DNA of 64,000 bases from a virus. A program made the position numbers and the translations under genes. Location of the stretch: the IMG/VR virus record IMGVR_UViG_3300029585_000037, positions 29,935-93,934 of that record. One strand, given 5' to 3'. Below, piece by piece: positions 55,848-64,000 of the stretch. The notes under the pieces were generated by a model. That model had not been told where the DNA came from. It worked only from the letters and a program-made list of their open reading frames with translations, and made no database searches. Position 1 is the stretch's first letter; each line of letters opens with the position of its first letter.

Positions 55848-56366
55848 ATGATTTTATTACTTTCAGGAGCAACTCATAAAAATGCTCAACAATTAGACCT
55901 TAATAAAAGTCTTGGTGGATTAGTTTCATCAACACCAGTGCCTAATGGTAGAATTAATGGTTTATTTTCAGATGTTTCTAATTATACCATAAATAATAAT
56001 TCAGTAGAAACAGTTGGTGTATTTTTACACAATAATACTGAGAATGATTTAGCTAATCTAACCTTACAACAAATTTATGAAGAAAATAATTTATGTAAAT
56101 TTGAATTCGCTGTAGTATCAGTAACAGATACAGGTGCTATGGAATTAATTGGTAGTAGATTTGAAGAGCCTTTTTATGCTAATTGGTTCGAGCCTACTGA
56201 TCAAACTTTAGTAAAGGATTTATTCAAATCAGATGAGTTGATAGGCTTATGGATTAGACGAAGTATAATAAAACAAGAAGATAATGCGATTGATCCATGT
56301 GTAAATATGGAATCAAGTGAAGTAGATATAGATGAGTGCTTAGAAGTTATTTTTAGTCATGATTAA
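55848..56366 (+). CDS. hypothetical protein (172 aa), possible fibre accessory or assembly protein
   Basis: Last gene of the late block; followed by a strong terminator. Confidence 0.45.
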   Translation: MILLLSGATHKNAQQLDLNKSLGGLVSSTPVPNGRINGLFSDVSNYTINNNSVETVGVFLHNNTENDLANLTLQQIYEENNLCKFEFAVVSVTDTGAMELIGSRFEEPFYANWFEPTDQTLVKDLFKSDELIGLWIRRSIIKQEDNAIDPCVNMESSEVDIDECLEVIFSHD

Positions 56367-56396
56367 CCAATTGTTTGGTGTGTAATATTTTTGCTT

Positions 56397-56435
56397 AAAG
56401 CCTTAGAATAATTTTTTAAGGCTTTTATTATTTTT
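56397..56435 (+). terminator. rho-independent terminator ending the structural block
   Basis: AAAGCCTTA (56397-56405) pairs with TAAGGCTTT (56417-56425), then a T-rich tail. Confidence 0.75.
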
Positions 56436-56529
56436 AAAAATATCATTCTTTAAAACTCATGTATTGAGTTTAGTGGTTAAAAATTTTCATAGTTAATTCT
56501 AAATGTGTTAAATGCACTGCATTCTTTTT

Positions 56530-56680
56530 GAGGGTTTGGTGAATGCGTAGCAGCCTCAATTCGATGGGAATAATTCCTTTTGAACGTCTAAGGTCATAAA
56601 CTTTCTATGTGTTACAATGTTTATTTGTTTCGCATATAGAGGGTTTATGTTTTTATGACCTTAATCTTCTGGGAATAATA
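56530..56680 (+). promoter_or_regulatory. repeat-rich control region (candidate operator or origin) upstream of the helicase gene
   Basis: 12-bp inverted repeat TAAGGTCATAAA (56589-56600)/TTTATGACCTTA (56652-56663); direct repeats TGGGAATAAT (56565-56574, 56670-56679) and GAGGGTTT (56530-56537, 56639-56646). Confidence 0.35.
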
Positions 56681-56689
56681 ATTTATATA

Positions 56690-58252
56690 ATGGTTGAGAT
56701 TACAAGAACATCTTTTAATAGAGCAAAATTTTCAGGAAAGTCAAAAGAGACAAAGCATATAAAACGTCTTTTGAAGATTTGGGTTGATGGTGCTCAATAT
56801 TCACCTAAATACAATGAAACTGACAAACATGGGAGACGTAAGTGGGATGGTTACTACAGATTTTACAATACAAATAATGAATTTGATTGGGGGATTGTAG
56901 ATGAAGTTCTACATCATTTAAAGCTAAAAAAAGTGAATTTTACTGTTTTAGATGAATCAGGAATAAAATTCATAAAAAATGTAAAAACAAGGGATACATT
57001 ACGCCCACACCAAAACAAAGCAGTAAAAAGATTTTTCAAAAATAATTTAGGTATAACAATAGTACCAACCAGAGGTGGTAAAACTTATATAGCATCTGAA
57101 AAAATAAGGATAGCTATGAAAAATGACGCAAATTTAGTTTCTTTGTTTATAGTAGATACAATTGATTTATTTGAACAAACAATAGAAGAGTTTTCAAAAT
57201 ACTTTAAGATACCTAAAGAAGATATTGGCACGATAAATGATAAAGGTGTAAATATAAAGAATATTAATGTTTGTATGATACAGTCATTAGTTTCTAAGAT
57301 GTATCCTGTTAAGCGTAAAACTGATTCACGTGAAAAAATTCGTGAGAAAAACAAAATTACAAGAGATATGAGAAAATTCTTACATACAGTAAATTTTCTT
57401 ATAGTAGATGAAATTCAAGAGTATTCTTCAACAAAGAGGATGAATTGCTTAAAGGCTTGTAAGAATGTTTCTTATTTATCAGGATTATCAGCAACACCAT
57501 TTAAAGATGAAGAAGAGGACAGTACTAAAAATGTTATACAAAATCTAAAAATTAAAGCATTTTTTGGTGGTATAGTTTATGAAGTACCTATATCAGAATT
57601 ACAAGAACAAGGCTATCTTGCTTTAGATAAAGCTATATTGTTTAGTTATAATCATGAATATTATAAGTTAGACAATAGAATTAATGAAGATGATGGATAT
57701 CATGCTTTACTTACTAAATTGATTCATGAGAATAAAGAACGTAATAGAATTTTGATAAATTTTATTAAGATTTGTAGAAAAAATAAATGGAAAACACTTG
57801 TATTGTTTAATTCTAAAAAACATGGTAGGATTATATCTAAGAAAACAGCGCAACCATTTATTTGTGGGGATGATAATTCTGATGTTCGTAAGGCTGCTAA
57901 AAATAAATTTTTGTCTGGTAAGGGTAAAATTTTATTAGCATCAAATATATACAAAAAGGGTATAACTTTACCAGAGGCAGAGATACTTGTATTTGGAGAT
58001 GGTGGTTTAGAGGGGAGTAATGTTACTCAGAAAAAAGGTCGTGTGTTAGGAGCAGTAGAAGGCAAAACAAGAGCAATAATTGCCGATATAATGGATATTG
58101 AAGATAAGTATTTCTCAAACCATAGTTATAATAGACTAAGAGTATATGATGAAGAAATTGGCCAAGACAGAATAGAAATTCATGATCCAGCCGATATGGA
58201 AGATGTTGAAGATAGTATTAAGGAATGGTTAGATGAGAAAAAAGGAATTTAA
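56690..58252 (+). CDS. superfamily 2 DNA helicase (DEAD/DEAH-like)
   Basis: ATG at 56690 (the track start at 56609 lies in the repeat region); motif I PTRGGKT, II LIVDEIQE, III LSATP, VI QKKGRVLG. Confidence 0.8.
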   Translation: MVEITRTSFNRAKFSGKSKETKHIKRLLKIWVDGAQYSPKYNETDKHGRRKWDGYYRFYNTNNEFDWGIVDEVLHHLKLKKVNFTVLDESGIKFIKNVKTRDTLRPHQNKAVKRFFKNNLGITIVPTRGGKTYIASEKIRIAMKNDANLVSLFIVDTIDLFEQTIEEFSKYFKIPKEDIGTINDKGVNIKNINVCMIQSLVSKMYPVKRKTDSREKIREKNKITRDMRKFLHTVNFLIVDEIQEYSSTKRMNCLKACKNVSYLSGLSATPFKDEEEDSTKNVIQNLKIKAFFGGIVYEVPISELQEQGYLALDKAILFSYNHEYYKLDNRINEDDGYHALLTKLIHENKERNRILINFIKICRKNKWKTLVLFNSKKHGRIISKKTAQPFICGDDNSDVRKAAKNKFLSGKGKILLASNIYKKGITLPEAEILVFGDGGLEGSNVTQKKGRVLGAVEGKTRAIIADIMDIEDKYFSNHSYNRLRVYDEEIGQDRIEIHDPADMEDVEDSIKEWLDEKKGI

Positions 58253-58823
58253 AATTGTAGTAGAATTATATAAAACTTATTATAAGCAAATTACAAAAAA
58301 TGAAGGCTTTAGACTTTATATGTCTGATAGTCGTGCTAAAATGATAGATAATTTCTTAGATAATTTTTATGAGTTGACGCAATCTACATTTCTACAAGAG
58401 GATGCTCTCAAAAAATTTATGGAGTTCCAATTTAATTATTGGTATAAGAGAAATGCTAAATATGGTGCAGGAACTTCTATTCAGTTGGAGTGGATAATAG
58501 GTAAAAAAGCTATTGTAAGGTGGGAAAAAGCCAATCCAAAATATATTAGCTGGATAATACGTAAGAATTTAAAGACAGACCATAATATTGTGGTTAAAAA
58601 GGCTGACAATTCTTATTCACAAATGGTTGTAAAAATTAGTGATGTTGAAGAAAATGAAAAAGAACGTTTCCATAATACTGTAAAAGGGTTTTGGAATTGT
58701 ATGATTAATACTACTATGTATAATCATAAAAGCAGTTTTTGTCTATCTTGCGATAAGTCTATGGATTGCAAAGAAAATCTACAAAAAAAGTTTCCAAAGA
58801 TATATAAAAAAAGAGGTTATTAA
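58233..58823 (+). CDS. hypothetical protein (196 aa)
   Basis: Replication-module ORF; C-terminal Cys pairs (CLSCDKSMDC); no assignment. Confidence 0.5.
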   Translation: MRKKEFKIVVELYKTYYKQITKNEGFRLYMSDSRAKMIDNFLDNFYELTQSTFLQEDALKKFMEFQFNYWYKRNAKYGAGTSIQLEWIIGKKAIVRWEKANPKYISWIIRKNLKTDHNIVVKKADNSYSQMVVKISDVEENEKERFHNTVKGFWNCMINTTMYNHKSSFCLSCDKSMDCKENLQKKFPKIYKKRGY

Positions 58824-59362
58824 TGGATAATTTATTTAAGTCATTTGGAAAAAAGTATAATAGAAATATGTCTGGATTAGAAGTAGCTAAACTAATTGGT
58901 ACTTCCAGAACTATATTGTATAAATTTTTACGTGAACAAAACATATTTTGTAAGTCTAATGGTAGAAATTTACCTACTGATTTATATTTACGTAAAAAAT
59001 GGTTTGTAGTTAAAGAGACAAATGTAGAAAATGAAGGCTTTTCAGGTATCGTTACTACAACAATGTTTACTCCTTTAGGATATGAAAATATAAGAGATTT
59101 AATCTACAATGAATATCCAGAGGTTATACATACTTTAACAAATGATAGTTTTTGGTTAGTTTTAGCTAATAAAATTAGGTCAAAGTTATCTACTTTAGGA
59201 ATAAATTTTTCATCTGATTTACAAATGGAAAATCACCTAAAAAGTAATTCTGTTACCCATTATAGTAATGATACAAATGATAGTACTATTAGATATTGGT
59301 TTGGAGATGATATAATAGAACTCATCAAATTTAATAAAGAGAAATTAGAAATTTATGGCTAA
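58823..59362 (+). CDS. helix-turn-helix DNA-binding protein, putative
   Basis: N-terminal MSGLEVAKLIGTSRTILYKFLREQNI has the HTH pattern. Confidence 0.45.
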   Translation: MDNLFKSFGKKYNRNMSGLEVAKLIGTSRTILYKFLREQNIFCKSNGRNLPTDLYLRKKWFVVKETNVENEGFSGIVTTTMFTPLGYENIRDLIYNEYPEVIHTLTNDSFWLVLANKIRSKLSTLGINFSSDLQMENHLKSNSVTHYSNDTNDSTIRYWFGDDIIELIKFNKEKLEIYG

Positions 59363-60716
59363 AAAAGAACAATTAACCAGTGAGTTTATACTGGAACTTT
59401 TTAAGGCTGCTTTTGAAAAAGATTATGTATTTGAGATATTAGTTCAGTATCTCAAATATTCATATTTAACATATGATTATGAAAAGAAGTTTTGGAAAAA
59501 GGCTTTGCAAATTTATAAGCTAAAAAGTAAAGTTCCAACACTTGGATTAATACAAGTTGAATTGCGTAAGGATGAGTCTGTAAAAGACTTTATAATTGAT
59601 ATAAAAGAAGCAAAATTAAGAGATGTAAAAAGTGTCGTAGAGTCATTTCAGGAATTTATAAAAGAAAGTAAATTTGTTGAAATATTCGAGAAAGCTGGGG
59701 AATTGTATAATAGAGGTGATGAATCATCTGCTTTTAAAGAATTTCAAAAAGGTGCTGAAGAGATGGCATCATTTTCTATACAAGACAAAGTATTCAAAAA
59801 GGTATTTAAAGAATTTGAGGAACGTCATGCTGGTAGAAAAATAAATGAACAAAGGACTAAGGTGCCATTTTTTATAGACCGATTAGACGAGATAACCTAT
59901 GGTGGACCAGAAACTGGAGAAACAGTGCTTGTTACAGCTGAGTCTGGTATAGGTAAGTCTCAATACTTAATACATAGAGCAATACAAACTGCAAGATCAG
60001 GTAATGATGTATTATTGTTTCAAATAGAGGGTACTGAAAGACAAGTTTTAGATAGACTTGATTCAGCTTGGACAGGTGCTTTGTATCATGATATGAAAAG
60101 AGGTGATGTAGATGATAAAAGATATAGAAAGTTAAAATCTATATTAAAGAAGATGTCTGGCGAGATTTATGTTGAAGCATTTGAGAAGTTCGGTGGAGCT
60201 ACTGATACAGACATAAAAAATTCTGTAATTGAAGCTAAGAAGATGTACCCTAATATAAAGTTGGTTCTGATTGATTATATGGAGTTAATGTCTATAAATG
60301 ATGGAGTTAGGTATGGTCCAGGTGATGAAAGACATAGACAACAAAAGATAGGTAGATTTATGAAAGAACTTGCTATGGAACAAGATGTAGTAGTAGATAC
60401 TGTAACTCAAGCAAGTAATTTACCTTCAGACCTTAAAAAAGATCCAAGCTTTGTTATGACAAGAGAATATTTGTCTGAAGACAAAGGTAAAATACGTCCA
60501 TTCGATTATCACTTCACTCTTAATCAAACTTTTGATGAAATGAAGTTCATAGATACAGATGGAGTACGAGCTTCAATTATACGTATGTATGCTGATAAGA
60601 TACGTGAGTATAGTTCAGGTCAAACAGTACCTATTATTACAAACTTTAAAAGTGCCAGATTTTACGATAGACGTAGAACATTAGAGCACTTTATAGATGA
60701 TGAAGACGATGAGTAG
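59355..60716 (+). CDS. DnaB-like replicative helicase
   Basis: Walker A TAESGIGKSQYL; Walker B LVLIDYMELM; RHRQQKIGRFMKELAMEQDVVVDTVTQASN resembles DnaB motifs H3/H4. Confidence 0.8.
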   Translation: MAKKEQLTSEFILELFKAAFEKDYVFEILVQYLKYSYLTYDYEKKFWKKALQIYKLKSKVPTLGLIQVELRKDESVKDFIIDIKEAKLRDVKSVVESFQEFIKESKFVEIFEKAGELYNRGDESSAFKEFQKGAEEMASFSIQDKVFKKVFKEFEERHAGRKINEQRTKVPFFIDRLDEITYGGPETGETVLVTAESGIGKSQYLIHRAIQTARSGNDVLLFQIEGTERQVLDRLDSAWTGALYHDMKRGDVDDKRYRKLKSILKKMSGEIYVEAFEKFGGATDTDIKNSVIEAKKMYPNIKLVLIDYMELMSINDGVRYGPGDERHRQQKIGRFMKELAMEQDVVVDTVTQASNLPSDLKKDPSFVMTREYLSEDKGKIRPFDYHFTLNQTFDEMKFIDTDGVRASIIRMYADKIREYSSGQTVPIITNFKSARFYDRRRTLEHFIDDEDDE

Positions 60717-61656
60717 TACAATTCCACAAGAAGATTTAGAAAGTCTATTTGGTAAATTTAGAAATGGATCAAAACGACATATGATCACAACTTGTCCTTA
60801 TTGTGGTAAGGATAAGCATTTCTACATACAAAGAGACACACAAATGTGGGATTGTAAAAAATGTGGTGAAGAAGGCAATATAATAAAATTATTACATTTT
60901 CTTGGTAAGTTATTTCTACTTGGTGACTTTAAGTCTATAGATAGGACAAAAATAAAAATGTTAGAGGATGAAGATGATGAAGAGATAACTGATCTTACAG
61001 TACCTAATAGACGTTTGCCAGCTGGTTTTAAGCGAGTTTATGAAGATGAATATCTATTTGGTAGAAGATTTACTAAGGATAATTTAAAGAAGTTTAGAGT
61101 TGGTTATACAGAATTAAAGCCATCTTTAAAAGATTACATAATATTTGCTGTAGATGAAGAAGATGGATGTAAAGGATATGTTGCAAGATATTCAAAACCT
61201 ATCGCAAAAGGAGACAAAAAAACATTGAGATACCGAAATGATAAGGGTGCTAAATTTTCACAACTTATGTTCGGCTATAATGAAATAATAGATAATGTAA
61301 CTGATACTGTTATACTGGTAGAGGGTTTACCAGACAAAGTAACTACAGATAATGTTTTACAGCTTGATGAACAAGATGAAATTAAATGTTGTTGTACATT
61401 TGGAAAGAAAATTTCCAAATTTCAGATATTAAAACTTTTGAAAAAGAATGTCAAGAATATCATATTAATTTTTGATTATGATGCTATTCCAGAAATGAAA
61501 AAGTATGGAGTTGTTCTTGAGGAGTTTTTTAACGTACAAATAGGTTTCACTTTCCAAAAGGATATCAATGATTCATCAGATGAAGAGATTTTTGGTATTT
61601 TTAATAATTTAAAAGATGTCATGTCGTTTAAAAGGAAAACTGTAAAAACATTATGA
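60697..61656 (+). CDS. DNA primase (zinc ribbon plus TOPRIM)
   Basis: CPYCGKDKH...CKKCGEEG zinc ribbon; TOPRIM VILVEGLPDKV and ILIFDYDA. Confidence 0.75.
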   Translation: MMKTMSSTIPQEDLESLFGKFRNGSKRHMITTCPYCGKDKHFYIQRDTQMWDCKKCGEEGNIIKLLHFLGKLFLLGDFKSIDRTKIKMLEDEDDEEITDLTVPNRRLPAGFKRVYEDEYLFGRRFTKDNLKKFRVGYTELKPSLKDYIIFAVDEEDGCKGYVARYSKPIAKGDKKTLRYRNDKGAKFSQLMFGYNEIIDNVTDTVILVEGLPDKVTTDNVLQLDEQDEIKCCCTFGKKISKFQILKLLKKNVKNIILIFDYDAIPEMKKYGVVLEEFFNVQIGFTFQKDINDSSDEEIFGIFNNLKDVMSFKRKTVKTL

Positions 61657-61657
61657 A

Positions 61658-62080
61658 ATGGCAAAATCACATATTTCAATATTGGAATATTACGAAAGGT
61701 TACAAATAGAGTATATCATTTATGAGTTAAGACTAAAGATATACCCATCTTCAAAAGACAAAGCTAAATTTAGAGACATATTAGAATACAAACAACAAAA
61801 GATATTCGATATATCAGACAAAAATGATTTAAAGAATATGTTTGAGTCTAAAGATAAGAGACAAGAAATTGAATCTAAAGTCTTTAATGAATTTGGCAAT
61901 CCATTTAACATTACTAAAAAAGATAAGTATTTCTATTACTTTTTGAATACTGACTTCTCATATAAAGGTGAGGGAGTTAAATTATCCAGCTATAATTTAG
62001 ATGCTGGAACAGCAGTTATTCGATATAAGAATGATACTACAGAAACAGTGGATATCAATTTTATACGCAGAATTTTGTAA
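61658..62080 (+). CDS. hypothetical protein (140 aa)
   Basis: ATG ORF directly after the primase gene. Confidence 0.5.
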   Translation: MAKSHISILEYYERLQIEYIIYELRLKIYPSSKDKAKFRDILEYKQQKIFDISDKNDLKNMFESKDKRQEIESKVFNEFGNPFNITKKDKYFYYFLNTDFSYKGEGVKLSSYNLDAGTAVIRYKNDTTETVDINFIRRIL

Positions 62081-62151
62081 AAATTTTTACATTGCTAAAG
62101 TGTATTATTTGTACAATTTTGAAAATTATTTCAAAAATATTTGTAAAAAAA

Positions 62152-62194
62152 TTTTGCCGTTAAGAATATTATACCGAATTTAGCCTCAGATTTA
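62152..62194 (+). promoter_or_regulatory. class A promoter candidate, copy 3: TTTTG-N19-GAATTTAGC
   Basis: TTTTG 62152-62156, 19 nt, GAATTTAGCCTCAGATTTA 62176-62194; the upstream region also resembles the copy 1 flank (TGTATTA..TGTACAA..AAAAATATTT(A/G)(C/T)AAAA). Confidence 0.6.
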
Positions 62195-62217
62195 TTAAAC
62201 AACGGAAAATTTTTATT

Positions 62218-62451
62218 ATGGACTTACAAGGAGCAAAAAACAAATTAAGACAATTATTTACTGATCATAGATATGCTATGATGGAAAATAATTCAGATAA
62301 GGCAAATGCCTTAGGCAATGAGTATAAGATAATTAGAAGTTTTTGTATAGAATTTGATATAATAACTTTTAAGGATATGGAGAGACTTGAATTTGAATGT
62401 AATGAAAGAATAGACCGACTTGAAAAACAATCATTAAAAGATAACCAATAA
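62218..62451 (+). CDS. hypothetical protein (77 aa)
   Basis: First gene after class A promoter copy 3. Confidence 0.5.
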   Translation: MDLQGAKNKLRQLFTDHRYAMMENNSDKANALGNEYKIIRSFCIEFDIITFKDMERLEFECNERIDRLEKQSLKDNQ

Positions 62452-62475
62452 TAATCATCTTAATTCTTAAAATTT

Positions 62476-63066
62476 ATGACAAAAGTAGAACGAATTTATC
62501 ACAGACACGAACATCTTGTGAACTATTACGCTAATAAAATCTGGGATGAGAATAATTTAGCGATGGAAAAAGAGGACTTGAAGCAAGAATTACGTATAAA
62601 ACTATTCTTAGCTATAAAAAGTTATGCTAAACGCTGGAAACAGTATAGAGAAACTAATTCAAATAAGCCTGTACCGATTGAATTCTTTTTAAAAACAGTA
62701 ATGGCTAATAAAGTGAAAGACTTTATAAAATTGATTAATCGTATGCCTACAGACTCAATGAGTGATATGAATTTCGATTATGGCAGAGAAGATATGGAAG
62801 AGATTGTTTATGATAATGCTGACATAATGATAGGTGAAAAAAGTTTAGTTAGTCTATTTAAAGGAAAACAAAAACAAGTAATGAGACTTCTTATACTTAA
62901 AGATTTTGATCAACGTAAGGTTAAGAAAATCTATAAAAAGATAGATAGTCAACAATTAGACTTGTTAATGGAAAAAGGCTTAGATAAATTAAGAGAATAT
63001 TTAGAAACGAATTACAATTCTGTACAAGAATATAGAATTACTTACTCTGAAAATTTACAAAGTTAA
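62476..63066 (+). CDS. sigma-70 family (ECF-sized) sigma factor-like protein
   Basis: 196 aa; region 2-like EDLKQELRIKLFLAIKSY...FFLKTVMANKVKDFIKLINR; region 4-like KQKQVMRLLILKDFDQRKVKKIYKKIDSQQLDLLMEKGLDKLREYL. Confidence 0.55.
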   Translation: MTKVERIYHRHEHLVNYYANKIWDENNLAMEKEDLKQELRIKLFLAIKSYAKRWKQYRETNSNKPVPIEFFLKTVMANKVKDFIKLINRMPTDSMSDMNFDYGREDMEEIVYDNADIMIGEKSLVSLFKGKQKQVMRLLILKDFDQRKVKKIYKKIDSQQLDLLMEKGLDKLREYLETNYNSVQEYRITYSENLQS

Positions 63067-63110
63067 TTATAACACAATTACAAACAATAATAATTTAAAA
63101 TTCAAAGAAA

Positions 63111-64000
63111 ATGGCAAAGAAAGCTAAAAAAGTTGAAAAACTTACAAAAGAACAAATCAAAAACCTTAACACGATAGGTATTAAGGCTAAGAGTGTAGAA
63201 GATGCGAGAAATCAAATGATTGAATTCCTTGCAGAAAATGACATCGAAGATGTTGAAGATGATCCGTTTGATGAGTTATTTGATATGTGCTCAGTTATGT
63301 ATGAAGACTCAGAAGATGAAATGGATGATTTAGTTGAAGAAGAGGATGAGTCTGAAGAGGATGAGTCTGAGGATGAGTCTGAGGATGAGTCTGAGGATGA
63401 GTCTGAGGATGAAGATGAAGATGAAGATGAAGATGAAGATGAAGATGAAGATGAAGATGAAGATGAAGATGAAGATGAAGATGAAGATGAAGATGAAGAT
63501 GAAGACGATGAGGATGAAGAAGAGCCTGCTCCAAAGAAAAAGTCTGCTAAGAAGCCTACAAAAGCTGCTAAACCAGCCAAGAAGTCTGACAAGAAAAAGA
63601 CAAGAACTAAGCGTTTGAACCCTAAAGAAAACAAGGATGATGCAGCACGTTATGATATAGTTCGTGAAGCACTTGAGGGATTAGGTGAGTTTATTTTTAA
63701 CTTCATCGCTAATGGTGGTGTATCTGTTAAATATAAAGGTAAGAACAGTAACAAAGTGTTCTTTAGTTATGATTCACCTAAAGTAGATGTAGATGGAAAC
63801 ATTACTGGACGTGTATATTTATCTTCTGTAAAAGATGAAGAAACATTATACGAGTTATTTGGTGATGAGATTGAAATCAAAAAGTCTTGGTCTGGCAACT
63901 TACTTGTTATAGATATGCCACTTGAAGAATTAGCTGCTGCACTTTCTGATAATGCAGAGCACTTTGAAAAAGTTCTTGCTGGCTTAGGTAAAAAAGATGA
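63111..64000 (+). CDS. acidic-tract/basic-tract protein, 3' end outside the window (absent from the ORF track)
   Basis: ATG at 63111; open frame to the window edge, translated by hand with no stop; MAKKAKKVEKL..., (DES/DE)n tract, then PAPKKKSAKKPTKAAKPAKKSDKKKTRTKR, then a globular region. Confidence 0.75.
   Translation, partial: MAKKAKKVEKLTKEQIKNLNTIGIKAKSVEDARNQMIEFLAENDIEDVEDDPFDELFDMCSVMYEDSEDEMDDLVEEEDESEEDESEDESEDESEDESEDEDEDEDEDEDEDEDEDEDEDEDEDEDEDEDEDDEDEEEPAPKKKSAKKPTKAAKPAKKSDKKKTRTKRLNPKENKDDAARYDIVREALEGLGEFIFNFIANGGVSVKYKGKNSNKVFFSYDSPKVDVDGNITGRVYLSSVKDEETLYELFGDEIEIKKSWSGNLLVIDMPLEELAAALSDNAEHFEKVLAGLGKKD
63342..63503 (+). repeat. in-frame tandem repeats: (GAGGATGAGTCT)x4-5 then (GATGAA)x16
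   Basis: 12-mer copies at 63342-63353 and 63357-63404; perfect hexamer array at 63408-63503 encoding (DE)16. Confidence 0.95.

Noticed and set aside
1960-61911. All minus-strand ORFs in the track (for example 1960-2211, 4056-4328, 9977-10171, 27294-27643, 29330-29807, 34652-34930, 43049-43414, 43828-44262, 57085-57354, 61476-61911)
   Set aside because: Each lies inside, or antisense to, a longer + strand gene with recognisable motifs or sensible composition. Their products are low-complexity or hydrophobic strings typical of antisense reading of AT-rich codons. No minus-strand promoter or terminator signals were seen.
63212-63634. Poly-Ser ORF (minus strand), the His/Leu/Pro repeat ORF 63295-63534 (minus strand) and the MK-repeat ORF 63334-63618 (plus strand)
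   Set aside because: All three are alternative-frame or antisense readings of the (GAGGATGAGTCT)n/(GATGAA)16 repeats. The frame opened by ATG 63111 is continuous on both sides of the repeat and runs to the window edge.
1-64000. CRISPR arrays, transposases/IS elements, integrase or a lysogeny module, rRNA
   Set aside because: Reading through the window found no regularly spaced direct repeats with unique spacers, no DDE/serine/tyrosine recombinase motifs and no rRNA-like conserved blocks. The only tandem repeats are the in-frame acidic-tract repeats at 63342-63503.

Overview
The window reads as one contiguous, visibly AT-rich stretch of a tailed dsDNA phage genome. Every credible gene is on the + strand. 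Minus-strand ORFs in the track are shadows inside + strand genes. No integrase, CRISPR array or transposase was seen.

Gene order along the window:
- 1-11.4 kb: nucleotide metabolism genes (dCMP deaminase, class II-like ribonucleotide reductase, dUTPase), an RNA island, a DEDDh exonuclease and the large terminase.
- 11.4-17.2 kb: small, strongly punctuated promoter-gene-terminator units and a candidate DNA-hypermodification enzyme.
- 17.3-56.4 kb: the virion and lysis block. In order: portal, fibre-like proteins, holin, amidase, a spanin-like pair, MuF-like protein, a PIG-L-like plus GT4-like pair, P-loop NTPase, protease/scaffold and major capsid. These are followed by neck proteins, sheath, tube, tape measure, M15 tail lysin, baseplate J and a collar-domain fibre. 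The contractile tail module indicates a myovirus type.
- 56.7-64 kb: the replication and regulation module. It holds an SF2 helicase, a DnaB-like helicase, a primase, a sigma-like factor and a 3'-truncated acidic/basic protein that the ORF track misses.

A Bacteroidetes-type host is inferred, not proven. The grounds are A/T-rich start contexts without Shine-Dalgarno sequences, a TTTG -33-like box, and a tmRNA tag that resumes on a Gly codon.

Most notable observations:
- An RNA island at 6541-7194: an aberrant tRNA-like gene, a full-length phage tmRNA with a long non-canonical tag, and a GC-rich nested-helix element.
- Two recurrent intergenic motif classes plus a phage sigma-like factor.
- A structured RNA upstream of the holin.
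- A candidate thymidine-hypermodification enzyme, and a glycosyltransferase/deacetylase pair inside the head module.

Functional calls rest on motifs read by eye and on synteny. No searches were run.
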